A stretch of DNA of 62,831 nt, the filler included, from Sphaeroforma arctica JP610 (lineage: Eukaryota): the NCBI RefSeq assembly GCF_001186125.1. It is 6 parts of one record of this genome, joined end to end, with 100 filler letters (N's around TTAATTAATTAA, not from the genome) between each part and the next. Parts side by side here need not be neighbours in the genome. Positions count along the whole stretch, not along the records: positions 1 to 7,830 come from NW_014040547.1; positions 7,931 to 15,338 come from NW_014040547.1; 4 more parts are not named here. The stretch is one strand, 5' to 3'. Position numbers and translations under genes: made by a program. Shown here in pieces: positions 1-12,223 of this stretch (the stretch's first letter is position 1; every line of letters starts with the position of its first letter). The notes beneath the pieces were generated by a model, which saw only the letters and a program-made list of their open reading frames with translations, made no database searches and was not told the origin of the DNA.

Positions 1-423
1 TATATATACATATTTATATATTATATATTATATATTATATATATATATATATATATAAGTGGGTCAAAAGGTCATGTTAATAGCAGGTTATTCATGTTAT
101 TGCAATGTTGGTTGGTGTAGAATACAAGGTTATGTACTGGCGCTGACGGTTGTTATACACCACCCCCGCATCCAATGCCTCGCTACTTTTAGTGATTTTA
201 ACTGTCAGTGACGTATTCTGCAAAGGATGCATTTTGTGCTATGATTTGTGCCAATACTTGCGGAGGAATGCTGTTACTATTTGCGCGGCGATTTAAATGC
301 CTGCATTTTGAGTTTTTGCTATACTCTTTTTCTGTTGAGATGGGCACATTTACTGTATCAAGACACAGATTGAACCAAACAATGCAGAAGTTGACTCGTT
401 TACCCTCGTGTTCTTGTTCACAG

Positions 424-1161
424 GACGGGCGGATGGCCTATGCTGCGGCTCAACCAGGTGTCGATGGGGCTGCGCTGGGTCTAAATTCCCCCACCAATGC
501 ACAGGACACAATTCCTGCTCAGGCACGATTCCAAAACAAGGGCAATCACACGCCGGCTCAGCAATTAGCAGCCCAGACATCCCCGCTCGCAGGGGTGGCT
601 GTGGGGGTGGGTGCAGGAAGGGGACGTGTACTTGCTACTACACCTCAGGGACGGTATCAGTTCCAGCAGTTTCAGCAACTGCAGCAGCAGCAACAGTACT
701 TCGAGGCTCAGGCGGCCCAAGCGCACGCTCATGCACAGGCGCAAGCACATGCACAGGCACAGGCACGTGCCCAGGCCGGTGATAAGGTTCAGGAGATCCA
801 TGGACAGAAACAGGTGGATGGAGAGGGGTTGCAGGCTACTGCGGAAAGTGCTGGTGCGAATGATACGCGGGTGTCGGGTGCAAGTCCGATCGGGAACCCA
901 CCGGATTCAGCCACAGCCACGGATATAGACACCCACACAGCTGCTGAAGGGGGGAAAGGAGATGCAGAGGCAGATAAGCACAGCCAGGGGAATGCTACGA
1001 CAATTGGGGATGTACAGGAACATAGAGAGAACAGCACGTGCGTGGGGGCACAGGCTGAGGACGAGGGTGGCGGGATTAGCGAGCTCAGCGAAGGAATTAG
1101 ACAGCTGGATGTGGCTGGTGAACCAAACCGGGACATAGCGGGAGAGGAGCAGCCAAGGTAG
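424..1161 (+). CDS. Terminal exon of an unidentified Gln/Ala-rich, acidic disordered protein (gene starts upstream of the window)
   Basis: Acceptor ttcttgttcacag ends at 423. The GC-rich frame DGRMAYAAAQ...QQQQQYFEAQAAQAHAHAQAQ... stays open to TAG at 1159-1161. The ORF part 208-423 looks intronic. Confidence 0.6.
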   Translation, partial: DGRMAYAAAQPGVDGAALGLNSPTNAQDTIPAQARFQNKGNHTPAQQLAAQTSPLAGVAVGVGAGRGRVLATTPQGRYQFQQFQQLQQQQQYFEAQAAQAHAHAQAQAHAQAQARAQAGDKVQEIHGQKQVDGEGLQATAESAGANDTRVSGASPIGNPPDSATATDIDTHTAAEGGKGDAEADKHSQGNATTIGDVQEHRENSTCVGAQAEDEGGGISELSEGIRQLDVAGEPNRDIAGEEQPR

Positions 1162-1537
1162 TGGTAGACAGAGAAATAAATAGAATACGAAAGTCGATTG
1201 GTTGTATGTGTAGAATGCGGATCGGGTTCGTGCTGTTTAAATGGATAATTTGTTTAAAAAGTGGGGACAACGAATGTGTTCTCTGCACAAACCTCAACTA
1301 ATAAGCGTATTCTCTGCTTGTGAGCAGTTGTCGCGTATATGCACAAGATTCATAATATGTGCTGGCGAATGGCTACTCATTTCATTCCCTTACACTGCCT
1401 GTCATCATGTGAGCATATCGGATCGTTTGCAGCTCCTGTCCTTCCCTGTGACTTCATTCCGTTTATCTAGATTCAGATGAGAGGCGATGTACGACACACA
1501 GTGGGACCGAACATTCCAACTACCATAGAGAACACGC

Positions 1538-1985
1538 AGATACAATTTCTTCTGCTATTCTATTACCACCTCATATGATGCACAAACCAAGATGTGTGTT
1601 TATAGAAACAATTTCTTCTGCTATTTCACTGCAGCCTCACATGTTGTACATGCATAGGTCTTGCACAAACCCAATATGAGTGATTCTAGATACAATTGTC
1701 TATGCCATTTCACTACAACCTCGTATGTGGTACATGCACAGGCCCTGCACAAACCAAAATACGATTCACTCTGCTATTTCACTACAACCTCATATGTTGT
1801 ACATGCACAGGCACAAACCAATATATGTGATTATAGATATAATTTTCTCTACTATTCTACTACCACCTTACATGTTGTACATGCATAGGCCTTGCACAAA
1901 CCCAAGATGTGTAATTCTAGATACAATTCTCTCTGCTATTTCTCTACAACCTCATATGTTGTACATGTACAGGCCTTCACAAGCC
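1538..1985. repeat. Degenerate minisatellite, ~75-80 bp unit, ~6 copies
   Basis: Recurring AGATACAATT..CTGCTATTTCACTACAACCTCATATGTTGTACATGCA..GCACAAACC. Confidence 0.85.
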
Positions 1986-3444
1986 ATATTGGGAGTGCAT
2001 TGAATTGACAATGGTAGTAGAGCATAGAAGAGTGGTTTTACTGAAGCGAAAAGTACGATAATGTTTGAACTGCTTCAAGTTGAACGTGTTTTGTATATAG
2101 CCATGATATTTGCGTGTATTTATAAAGGCCATTTCAATTGGCAACTTACAATCTCTGCCAGCGTTACACAACAGCTTGTGGTGCGTAATCTACTATCCGT
2201 CAAGCGTAAACAACATCGTATGCACAAATCACCATATTAAGTGCTGTGTCATCGTCTACGGTGATATACGCCCACACCATCACTCTCCTACGCGTGGCTT
2301 CAAATACTGCCCTGCACCCAAGGTGTGGTCACGAACGGACCCCAACCCGTTTCGGCGAGAGACTGCCGCCTGACAGGAAACCTTGAACTGCGATTACGAT
2401 TATTGAGAAGTGTATTGTTCTCGACCACTCGATAACCGGTAAAGTGAACTGATATAGCCGGTCAGTGTAGTAGAGGACAATACCATTTCGTACGAATACG
2501 CCTATCACTTCATAAGAGCGCACGTGGAATGCCAGCTCTGTGGTTACTGCCCAGTCTAGTAGATGCGACTCAGAACACACCGGGTCTAATACTTCACTCT
2601 CATCAGGGTACACGGCATGCGGCCCTTGCATAGCGGCCGTTTGCGACACATTTGCCTTTCACTCATGCTATACCCGTTTGCGACACATATGCCTTTCACT
2701 CAAGCTATACCTCTCCACCCCGGGGCGACTCGATCGACCATCGCCTACCTACAATGTTCAGGATCCCTGGACGCAGTCGGTTGACTCTCGATCAAGGACC
2801 GCTGCGGCAGAGCATCTCTCTCTCTGTCGTCCGCACTCTCATGTGCAAGCATGAACGCACGTGCCTCGCCCGTGTCTGAGCTCTGGTCCTGTGAGGTGTG
2901 CGGTAGGGCCCACTAGGAGTGTGCAAAGCGAGCCCATCAACAGGCGAACGTCCGTGTGATTCTCACTGAGGACGCCATGCTATCGCATACGCAATCGCAT
3001 GAGTGATAGTGTCGCCAGCAACACAACCGCAGACCTTCCCCCTGACAGCCCTCCACGGACAATAGCGACTACAGAACACAGGCACATCAATGGCACACGC
3101 ACGATTGCGGCTTACACCCTTGCAAGTAGGTGCACGTACAGGATATACGCAGGGCATCAACGACTCTCAATAAGTGATCGTATACACGGATATGAGTGTT
3201 GTCAGTGCGTCTATCCCATGCACGCGCGAGTATATAACAACCACTCCATGGGTGTGCGTGCATACAGACGTAACATGCGAAGGGTCTTTCCCAGACGGTG
3301 TTCTCCAAGTCGATTCGGTAGGCCTCATCCGCAATGGCTGACTCGCCACGATTACGCGTGTGCTATGAGTGCGTATGGTGTGTGCGTGTGCGTACAGCGG
3401 TCGAGCTATGATCGCCAGTCCGAGCCCTCCATTGGGTCCTACAT

Positions 3445-6193
3445 TTAGATCTCCAGGTGCACAACATACTCGGACAGCTGCTTGAGCTGCTCCTTGATAT
3501 CCGATGCAGCTACAGGCTGCACTGCGGGGGCTATATATAGAGTCGTGGATGAAACAAGCAGAGATGCAAGAAGGTTAGTATACAGCAGATGTACACTCGA
3601 CAGTGTGTACATACGAGCACTTCGATGTGCGAGCAAGATAAGCGGTGAAAAACACAGACAGACTGAGACAGACATTCAGAAGGTCACAATGCAAATCCAT
3701 ATAGGCGTGGCTTAATGACTAATATATAATTACTCAAGTATGACATGACACGCGCCAGCGATCTGCTACACATCCCTGTTCCCGGCGAATACCACATTTG
3801 TGTTTAAATTTGTTGACATAAAGACAAACACTTCAGAGTCAATTCCCTTTGTCTACTCGCGGAAATCTACACACCGAGTAGGACGCAAACTGTACATGTA
3901 TGCGCAAACTAACTGACACACGCACGTTTCTGGAACACACGCATAAATTAGTATACACACGCATAAATTACTATACAAATATGTACTACTATACACACGC
4001 ATAAATTAGTATACACACACATAAAGCACTATACACACACATAAATTAGTATACACACACAAAAAGTACTATACACACGCATGAATTACTATACATACAC
4101 ATAAATTACTAAACGCACGCATAAATTACTACACACACACATGAATTACTATACACACATGAATTACTATACACACGCATAAATTACTATATACACGCAC
4201 AAAGAACTATGCACGCGATCAAAATTTCTTGGACTGCAAGTGCGCATTTTTTCGCTACCACATAGCACCATTCACTGAGCACACATTCGCTCGCCACCAC
4301 ATACGCCTGCCAGGTTGTAGTGCCCAAACATAAACATACATGCGGTAACTGGGAACAGAATGTCCGTTGCGGCATCGTACGTCCAGCCGAGAGTCTGTGC
4401 TACTATGTTTGTTCATAATAAAGGGAATACGGTTGATTAGCTGGTTATGAAGTCATAAAGAAATTGGTTGTTTTGTGCACTCAGTCGACACCCTTACTTT
4501 CATTACTTTGAAAACGAACAGGAAGTATTCCCGGTGTCAAAACGTGCTGTCGTTTGGTCAGGCTATCGGTGACCATTGAATTCGACAGATGTATCTGCTG
4601 ATCAGCTTGGTTTGAGATTTCTTCAGAAAACCAGTACACAGAATTGGAATATATATACAAATATGAGTACACAATACAGCTAGATCTTGATATCACTAAT
4701 ACACATGCCCCTCCATACACACATCCAGTAAGAGAATCAAATATATAGAACACCAAACCCACTGGCCTGTTGCAAATGAACCAGTGGATATCTATTTATA
4801 AAGTTCCTGAATAGAATACTCAGCACATACCCTGCTTATTCTCCTCCACACTCGTTCCTAGCAACACTGCCGTATTTGGCACACGCACTTGCACATACGC
4901 CTCGGCAATCAACGCCAGCTGCTGCTGTCTATAACGCACACACAACCTCCGCTCAAGCTCACTAAACACCGGCCTCAACTGTGTACTGAGTGTGGAGAAG
5001 GCGGCATTGATGGCTGCGTAGTCTCTACTGGCAATAGCTTTCACCAATTGCAATACAGCGGTGACTTCGGCTGTCACCTGATGTGCTGAGAGTCCTCTGG
5101 TCGCGCGTTGTGCTGCGATCTCGGCACGTGTGCTGAGGGGGAGATTGGTATTAACATCCGTATAAGTCGGGAGGTGTACCTATGTGCAGGAGAGCATAGA
5201 CTGAACTATACAAAGGTGTGATGTGATCAACATAGCATTGGCATTGTATATTCGCACGTCTTGCAATATCCCATGACACAAACGTGTCTCATTATCGGAT
5301 AGAGCAGACAGTGCCAATCAATACGCTTCACATAGAAAACACAATCTTTAACTAAGTCTCCACCAATTACCAGCGACAGCCTCTACACACACGTACAAGC
5401 ACTAAACAGCAACAAAACCCAGAGAACATCGACAAGCCCCCCTAGGCCTGCACGCACTAAGCTCGTGCAAGCATATGCGAACAATCTTACAATACGACCG
5501 CACACACAGGCACATGGGCCACACTAACACATACACATTGACACACTAACACAGACACATGAACACACTAACACAGACCATGAACACACTAACACAGATA
5601 CACACCAACACTAACACAGACACATGAATACACTAACACAGACACATTGACACACTAACACAGACACATTGACACACTAACACAGACACATGAACACACT
5701 AACACAGACACATGAACACACTAACACAGATACACGCCCACACTTACTTATACTCACGCACTGACTCCAACTACCCCAAACCTCTCACAAAGATCTCCGA
5801 ACATACAGACATAGACGATACCCCCCGAACGCAAGCTCTTAAAATTCAGACGGTTCGACACACATGGGTTTTGACGACGCAAAAATACTAATAAAATAAG
5901 CCACTTCAGGACAATGGAGGTCGATTATAGCGAACACTTTGTGTCCAAATTCGAATCGAAAGTGACCGAAAAAGCACACAAATCTCATTGATATGAGAGC
6001 AACAGATCCATGAACTTATGGGTGGCTTACATTTTGTTTTCGGCCAGCAACTGCAGCAGAAGGCAAATGTAGATATCTGCCATTGTGACCTCCTCTGGAA
6101 TAGGTATGGCCTGCATACCACACGGGAAAAAATAGAGACAGTTAGCTTATTAATCACGCATATGAATATAAAGACACACACACACACACGTGT

Positions 6194-6226
<33 letters not shown>

Positions 6227-6250
6227 CACATATACATATACTATTTATAT

Positions 6251-6292
<42 letters not shown>

Positions 6293-6826
6293 GTATATAT
6301 ATATATATATATATACTGGACAAGAGCATAGATTGATTGTACAGTCTTCACATTACTTTCTATGAATAGAGAATGACGCGCAGTCTCACATAAGGGCTTC
6401 TCGTATTCACCAAACCCGATGCTATTGGCCATTTCCAAAACTGAAATGTGATCCAAAAGCGTTCACGTATATATGATTATCAGCACGTATATATGATTAT
6501 CTGCTGAGATAGCTGTGATTCTGGACCAAACAACCTTCACAAGTAGTAGACCGAAAGCAGTTTCGGGTGTTAGACGAGTACTTGAAAGCGTGGATTGTAT
6601 GCTTTAGTATGATGCTTCAAATGCTTAATACAGCCGCATACACCACAAGAGGTACTTATCACATGTGCCTCACAGATGTACCATTTCAACACATACACTA
6701 CACGATAGCGTTTCAAATTTAAGACAGACACCACAGACGCACCTGCAATTCGCAGTCCTCGCAGAAGGCCACCAGCGACGCTCCCTCCGCCGAGCTGATA
6801 TACGTCTGCAGTGAATCCGCACCCAT
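3445..6826 (-). CDS. COPS8: COP9 signalosome subunit 8 (PCI domain), 5 exons, 204 aa
   Basis: Exons 6743-6826, 6031-6110, 4831-5132, 4340-4402, 3445-3530. All introns are GT-AG, phases match, total 615 nt. Peptides AFCEDCELQ, DIYICLLLQLLAENK, IASRDYAAI, QQLALIAEAYVQV, LGWTYDAATDILFP and EQLKQLSEYVVHLEI* follow the CSN8 pattern (human QRDFPGIY, ALVSQAYTSI, GWQAD, EQQLARLTDYVAFLEN). Confidence 0.9.
3940..4200. repeat. Intronic 20-bp minisatellite
   Basis: (ATAAATTACTATACACACGC)-like unit, ~12 copies, in the last CSN8 intron. Confidence 0.9.
5520..5735. repeat. Intronic 20-bp minisatellite
   Basis: (ACACTAACACAGACACATGA)-like unit, ~10 copies. Confidence 0.9.
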
Positions 6827-7354
6827 GTTACTGTATGACGTGTTATGTCTTTATAAGTTGTGTGTTGTGTGTCGTGTAGTGTGTTGTGTGTTGTGTGTCG
6901 TGTAGTGTGTTGTGTCATACGTGTATTTACATATGACTTGTAAATAGTTAATATGTGTATAAAATAATAAACCCCGTCTCACTATGATACTCGGGCACTC
7001 AGCAGTGACACGTAATAACTGCTAATAGTCTAAAAAAATAATTTCCAAAATCCAAAAAATAAAAATGAGGGAGCTTTTTGGTCGACAACTTGACACTTTG
7101 ACAGTAGCTGTCAAATGCCCTGCGATATATATGGACATTTGATCCGAAGCAACAACTCTGAAAGTCGGTGAGTGTAGATACAGTACACATTTTTAATTCC
7201 AGTTACTGTTCGTATAGCCATAGGCCCGTTGCCCAAGCCTCCTGAATTCAACAGGAGGCTATGCTATTTAAATCCTAATGTTATAATTATAAGCTGACCG
7301 GAGGTCACTGTGCTACATTGAGCTGTGACTAGATACAACAAGCGCTTCGTAACC
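6827..7354. promoter_or_regulatory. Putative bidirectional promoter region between CSN8 and MPDU1
   Basis: Divergent start codons at 6826 (-) and 7355 (+) are only 528 bp apart. A TATTTAAA element lies near 7265. Confidence 0.55.
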
Positions 7355-7784
7355 ATGGCTGAGAACGTCAATAATCTCAAGCAAGTCCAACCAGACTTTG
7401 TCACGGCCAAAGCGCAGGAGGCGCTGGACTTCTTTTTTACCAAAGCATGTCAGTACAAATACATAGAGAAACAAGATTTCCTAGATGGTAGGTGAATGCC
7501 TGCAGAGGAGCGTTTAGAACCTAAGTTCTCAAGTAAAATACCGTAAAAGTATACTTTGTTCAATAACCAGTGCGGTGTAAATGAGTTGAGAAGCGAAAAA
7601 TGTAGCTGTTTCTATCAAATAATGGGTTCGAAGATTCTGCTTGTACAAGCGTATTGTATATTGTGCAAGAGCATGAGCGTGAATACATGTATAAGTTTGA
7701 GATATTACCGTTTAAGTATGGTTGGTATCTATGAGCTTATATACACATACACAATACACATACACACACAAACATACACACACA

Positions 7785-7830
<46 letters not shown>

Positions 7831-8348
7831 NNNNNNNNNNNNNNNNNNNNNNNNNNNNNNNNNNNNNNNNNNNNTTAATTAATTAANNNNNNNNNNNNNN
7901 NNNNNNNNNNNNNNNNNNNNNNNNNNNNNNCATATTTGTATGCATGTGTACATCATATACATGCGGACATACTTATGCTAATAAAAGCGTACTCTGTGCG
8001 CAACCCGCAGTGAAGGTACCGCAGATGATGAAGATCGTAAGCAATAAGAGTGCCGAGGGTATATCGATGCTTGCACTGTTCTTGGAGGTGATCAACTACT
8101 CTGTCAGTGTGGTCCACAATCTCCGCCACAACAACCCGCTGATGTGAGTAGTGTGTGGCACGTCTCAAATGCATACGCGCATGTGCATGATGATGTTAGT
8201 CACTTGTAATTGTAACGTGACACAATATAATGAGAATGCTGATGTAGATGTTGTATATCATGACCTGATTGCGTATGTGGATGTATGTACTGATGAGACT
8301 TGTATGTCCATGCATTAAAACGCATGTATGTATGTGTATTCTGATCTG

Positions 8349-8383
<35 letters not shown>

Positions 8384-10325
8384 AGATACCTTGTTGTTTT
8401 GAGGTGTGTGCGGCATGTCTCAACTATTGGCATATCTGGTTGTAAGTCACGTATAGTTCACGTCTTTAAGTCGCTCTCGCCTTGTATATAGTCATGCACA
8501 TACAAGCAACTATATATTTGATGGTGTATGCAGTGTCTTGCTTACAATGCACATACAAGCAACTATATATTTGATTATGTATGCAGTGTCTTGCTTACAA
8601 CTAGTTGCTTCAACCAATAAAGAAAGAGATCGGCTCTCGAGTTCCATCTTCCACTCTACCTCCTTGTCCATACTGAACGATCTTCCACTGTCCCAAACAC
8701 CTGATCCCTCAGCGCGTGGGCCGAGACACTCAACCTGACGTTCCAGAACATCGTGCTGATGGTGTTGGTGATGGTGTACGGCAAAGGTAACATGCTGCCA
8801 GGCACAGTCATGTTTGTAGCGTACGCTGGCATGTTGTTTGTAATGCAAGACGAGCAGGCGTTCACCAGCGAGTATCTGTCCATTGCGTTCGCCGGTGGGA
8901 CTATGCTGACCGTCGCTGCACGTGGTATCCAGGTGCGTGTGTAGACTGAGTCGTATGCGTATGTGAGCTTGCATTGTGTATGCCTGCTTGCGCCGAGTGA
9001 TAGCTTGAGGGTAAGGGGCCACCTGGATGTTAAAGACACTTCCACGAAGTATCTGTAGATATATTTTTATTTATTTAGATCGTGTCACATCGTTTCTAGG
9101 AGCTATCGTTCTTTGTATGTACAAGCAAGGCCGAACGGATGTGAAATAGTTAAGAAGCAGCTACAAGCGGATGTTAACAAAACATTCAATGACTTCGATT
9201 GTGTCTCTGGGACGCGGCAGTAGAGTGTGCGGCCCATGTACCAAATCGCTCGTACGCCACTGTGCCTCGTCAGGGCAGTGTCTGAGCTGCACTCTATCAA
9301 CTGTTCTGGTATGGCTCCGTCTTTTTACATATCTTTTGATCTACTCATAGATTGTGATCATATTTAGGGCAGCCCACTCATACAATCGTTCGGATTCAAT
9401 CAGGATACTTTAATTCAGTGGCAGGACCGTACAGCTAAGCACGATCTGACCTTACTCATTCTATTTATATACCTTCTGATTCTATTTATAGATTGCGGCC
9501 ATCCAGAGTGCGGGCCACGCACAGAATCTGTCGTTCGCCACTGTGGCGCTTCAGTTTGGCGGCAGTGTTGCGCGAGTGTTCACCACCATTCACGAGATGC
9601 CTGATGACACGGACATGCTGTTTGCCTTCGGCGCAGCGAGTCTATTGAACGGCGTAATACTGCTGCAGGTGGGTTCAGTAGTGACTCAAATGCACTGAGT
9701 ATGGGTATGGGTTGGTTACCAGCGCATTGCGATTGTGCGTGCAGGAGCATTGGTTTGTGGACGTAGGCTTCTTGACCCGTATTCATCGCGTGCATATGGG
9801 CATGAACATCTATTCCTGTATTACATGCTTACCATGTGCGATCCAAGATCTTTACACACGTTCACGCATGCCCTTCTGTACTTCGTGTTTGCTTGTTGAT
9901 CTGTATGTATATGCATATTGCGGCTGAATAATATTGGATGGTCGATAGTAGCGACTGTGTGCACTATACATGTTCCAGCGCCAGTATGAATTTTGTGGGA
10001 CTTTATCATCCGGCCGCAGAGTGTGATCTCATAAAACTATCAAACTGCCTCTCCAATAGTGTTTGTATTTGGCGTAAAGCGTTCGGAGATCGGACATAGT
10101 CATATGATAGCAAAGGTTGGATGTGTGCAAACTGACCAGCCAGGTGCGGCGTTCCTACCATTCCTTCAAAGAGATCACACGCAATTTGTGATGTTGGCTT
10201 ATATAACCTCTATTTGTACGGACATTAATCTGCATCCCTCACTCCTTTTGCCGTAGCTCATCTATTTCTGGAATGCTAAAGCACCGGAGGTGGCGGCTAA
10301 GGACGCAGAAAAGAAGACACAATAG
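7355..10325 (+). CDS. MPDU1: Mannose-P-dolichol utilization defect 1 homolog (double PQ-loop ER membrane protein)
   Basis: Exons 7355-7487, [TM1 exon presumably in gap 7831-7930], 8011-8143, 8713-8932, 9492-9668, 10257-10325. Motifs VKVPQMMKIVSNKSAEGIS, AWAETL, QFGGSVARVFTTIHE, LLNGVILLQLIYFWNAK. Ends in KKTQ*, a KKXX ER-retrieval signal. Confidence 0.92.
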
Positions 10326-11319
10326 TGCGCCTGTGTTCCTACAAGCTGGTCCTAATTATTTTAAAGGTGCGCAGGCCGTGTCAGTCCAGGGCTTGGGAAT
10401 TGGGTGCAGGTTCTCTTTCAGGGCAGTACTGGCTACATGCTGACACTCATGGAATGCATCGGTCTTCCGCAAAATAAAAAATAAACTAGTCTGTGCTCTA
10501 TAAATGTTCTTTCTTTTTTTCTTTTCTGCGATCGTGATTGAGTATAACTTCTTCCGACACTTTCGCAAAAGGACTGACTTTGGTACCGCAGATGTCCCGT
10601 ACTCTGAACCTTTAAAGGACAGCGTCGCACTACACCACGAGTGGTGCAGACAGTGCACACGAGCGTGCTAGACAGCTCGCTTAACTATAGCTAGAGATGG
10701 CTCTCTGGGGGGTGGACGGGGAGTGCACCCCGATTGACCCTAAAACCCTAAACTCTATACCCTAAAACCACTCGGATGGGGGGGGGGTGAAATACAGACT
10801 AAACACGGACCATATAACAACAACAGTATATAATGCAATAGTTCCACAACTTACGACCGCCTGAATACGGATGGGAAATGAGGAATAGCATACAAGGCAC
10901 GTAGCTCAGGTGTGGGTCTATACTGTCAGCTCTCGTTAAAGAAAGTCTGTATGTGCATGTATGCGCGTGTATAATTTGTTGTATAATTACCCTGGTACTC
11001 TTTAATGATATCGGAGTAGAGACATCGGCCCCAACTCTGACCAAAGTGAACACTGGGGCCTTCACTATATCAGTGGAATGTTTAACATGCTTTTGTGGCT
11101 GTAGTCCTCGTTGAGTAGCGTATCGCGAATCGGCCTCACGTGCAGGTTAGTAGTGATGATTTGTTTGTCCGTGTACAGGTACGTGCACAGGTAGGTATAT
11201 ATGCATATAAACGAATACACAACAGTCAGACTACGACAGTGCATGAGTCCTGACAGGTACAGCATATGGGAGATAGCCAAACAGACTACCCACTTTATTA
11301 AATTCATTACACCTCAGCG

Positions 11320-11680
11320 GTTCAAAACGGCCTTTTATTTATTTTTAGGTATTAAACTGAAGGTGGTTTATAAACTGTTAGTATTAAACACATTATATTC
11401 AGTACACCTCTACGATTTAAAACGGCCTTTTATCTATTTTAGGTATTAAATTTGAAGCGAATTATAACTGTTTATATGTTACACCTGATTATATTTATGA
11501 CACGTCAACGATTTAAAACGGGCATTTGTTTATTTTAAGCATTAAACTAAAGCGATTTATAAACTGTATGTGATTTATAAACTGTATGTTGCACCTTTTT
11601 ACATTCATTTATAAACCAACGATTTAAAACGGGCTTTTGTTTATCATAGGCATTAAACTTTAAGCGATTTATAAACTGTA
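11320..11680. repeat. AT-rich degenerate tandem repeat, ~95-110 bp unit, 4 copies
   Basis: Recurring CGATTTAAAACGG..TTTT..TATTTTAGGTATTAAACT..AAGCGATTTATAAACTG. Confidence 0.8.
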
Positions 11681-11957
11681 ACATGTAGGCCGAATGCCTT
11701 CGCTAGCAGATTCATCATAATCTGCTATTGCGAGTGTGTGCACTTCCCCAGGTGGCACCACTACCCATACCAGGCATCGCCCCACAGCGCATCATGCAGT
11801 TCAGAGTATACGTGAGCTGTGTACGACGGTCTCTATATACGTGGGCTTGTGTATTCACATCACTCGTTATATACACACACAGCCCTTCTTACTCGCACAT
11901 GAACGTTCACTGAACCGGTCACGTGCACACGCAGACACGTATACTCTAGCGGGAAGT

Positions 11958-12004
<47 letters not shown>

Positions 12005-12223
12005 CTACACGTGTATGCATCCATGTGGCGAGTCGTTCTGTTGCATCTCTGCATCACAAACCCTAGGGCAACAGGTGAATAAAGGGGTAGATGGAAGGGA
12101 GATTGGGCTATGGAGGGGGTGGTGGGGAGGGACAAGGCTATATAGCAGTCACTGAGCAGTCTGTGTCAGAAACGCTCGCGATGTAGTGTGTGGTATGTGT
12201 TGTTGCTGTTTCCTCGGAGTCCC

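Noticed and set aside
2290..2330. RGFKYCPAP, similar to the N-terminal motif of Penelope-like retroelements
   Set aside because: Too short, and no RT or GIY-YIG motifs follow.
7831..7930. N44-TTAATTAATTAA-N44 motif, also at 15339-15438, 24831-24930, 47648-47747 and 54076-54175
   Set aside because: An identical 100-bp construct with stops in all six frames. It is an assembly spacer for gaps of unknown size, not biology.
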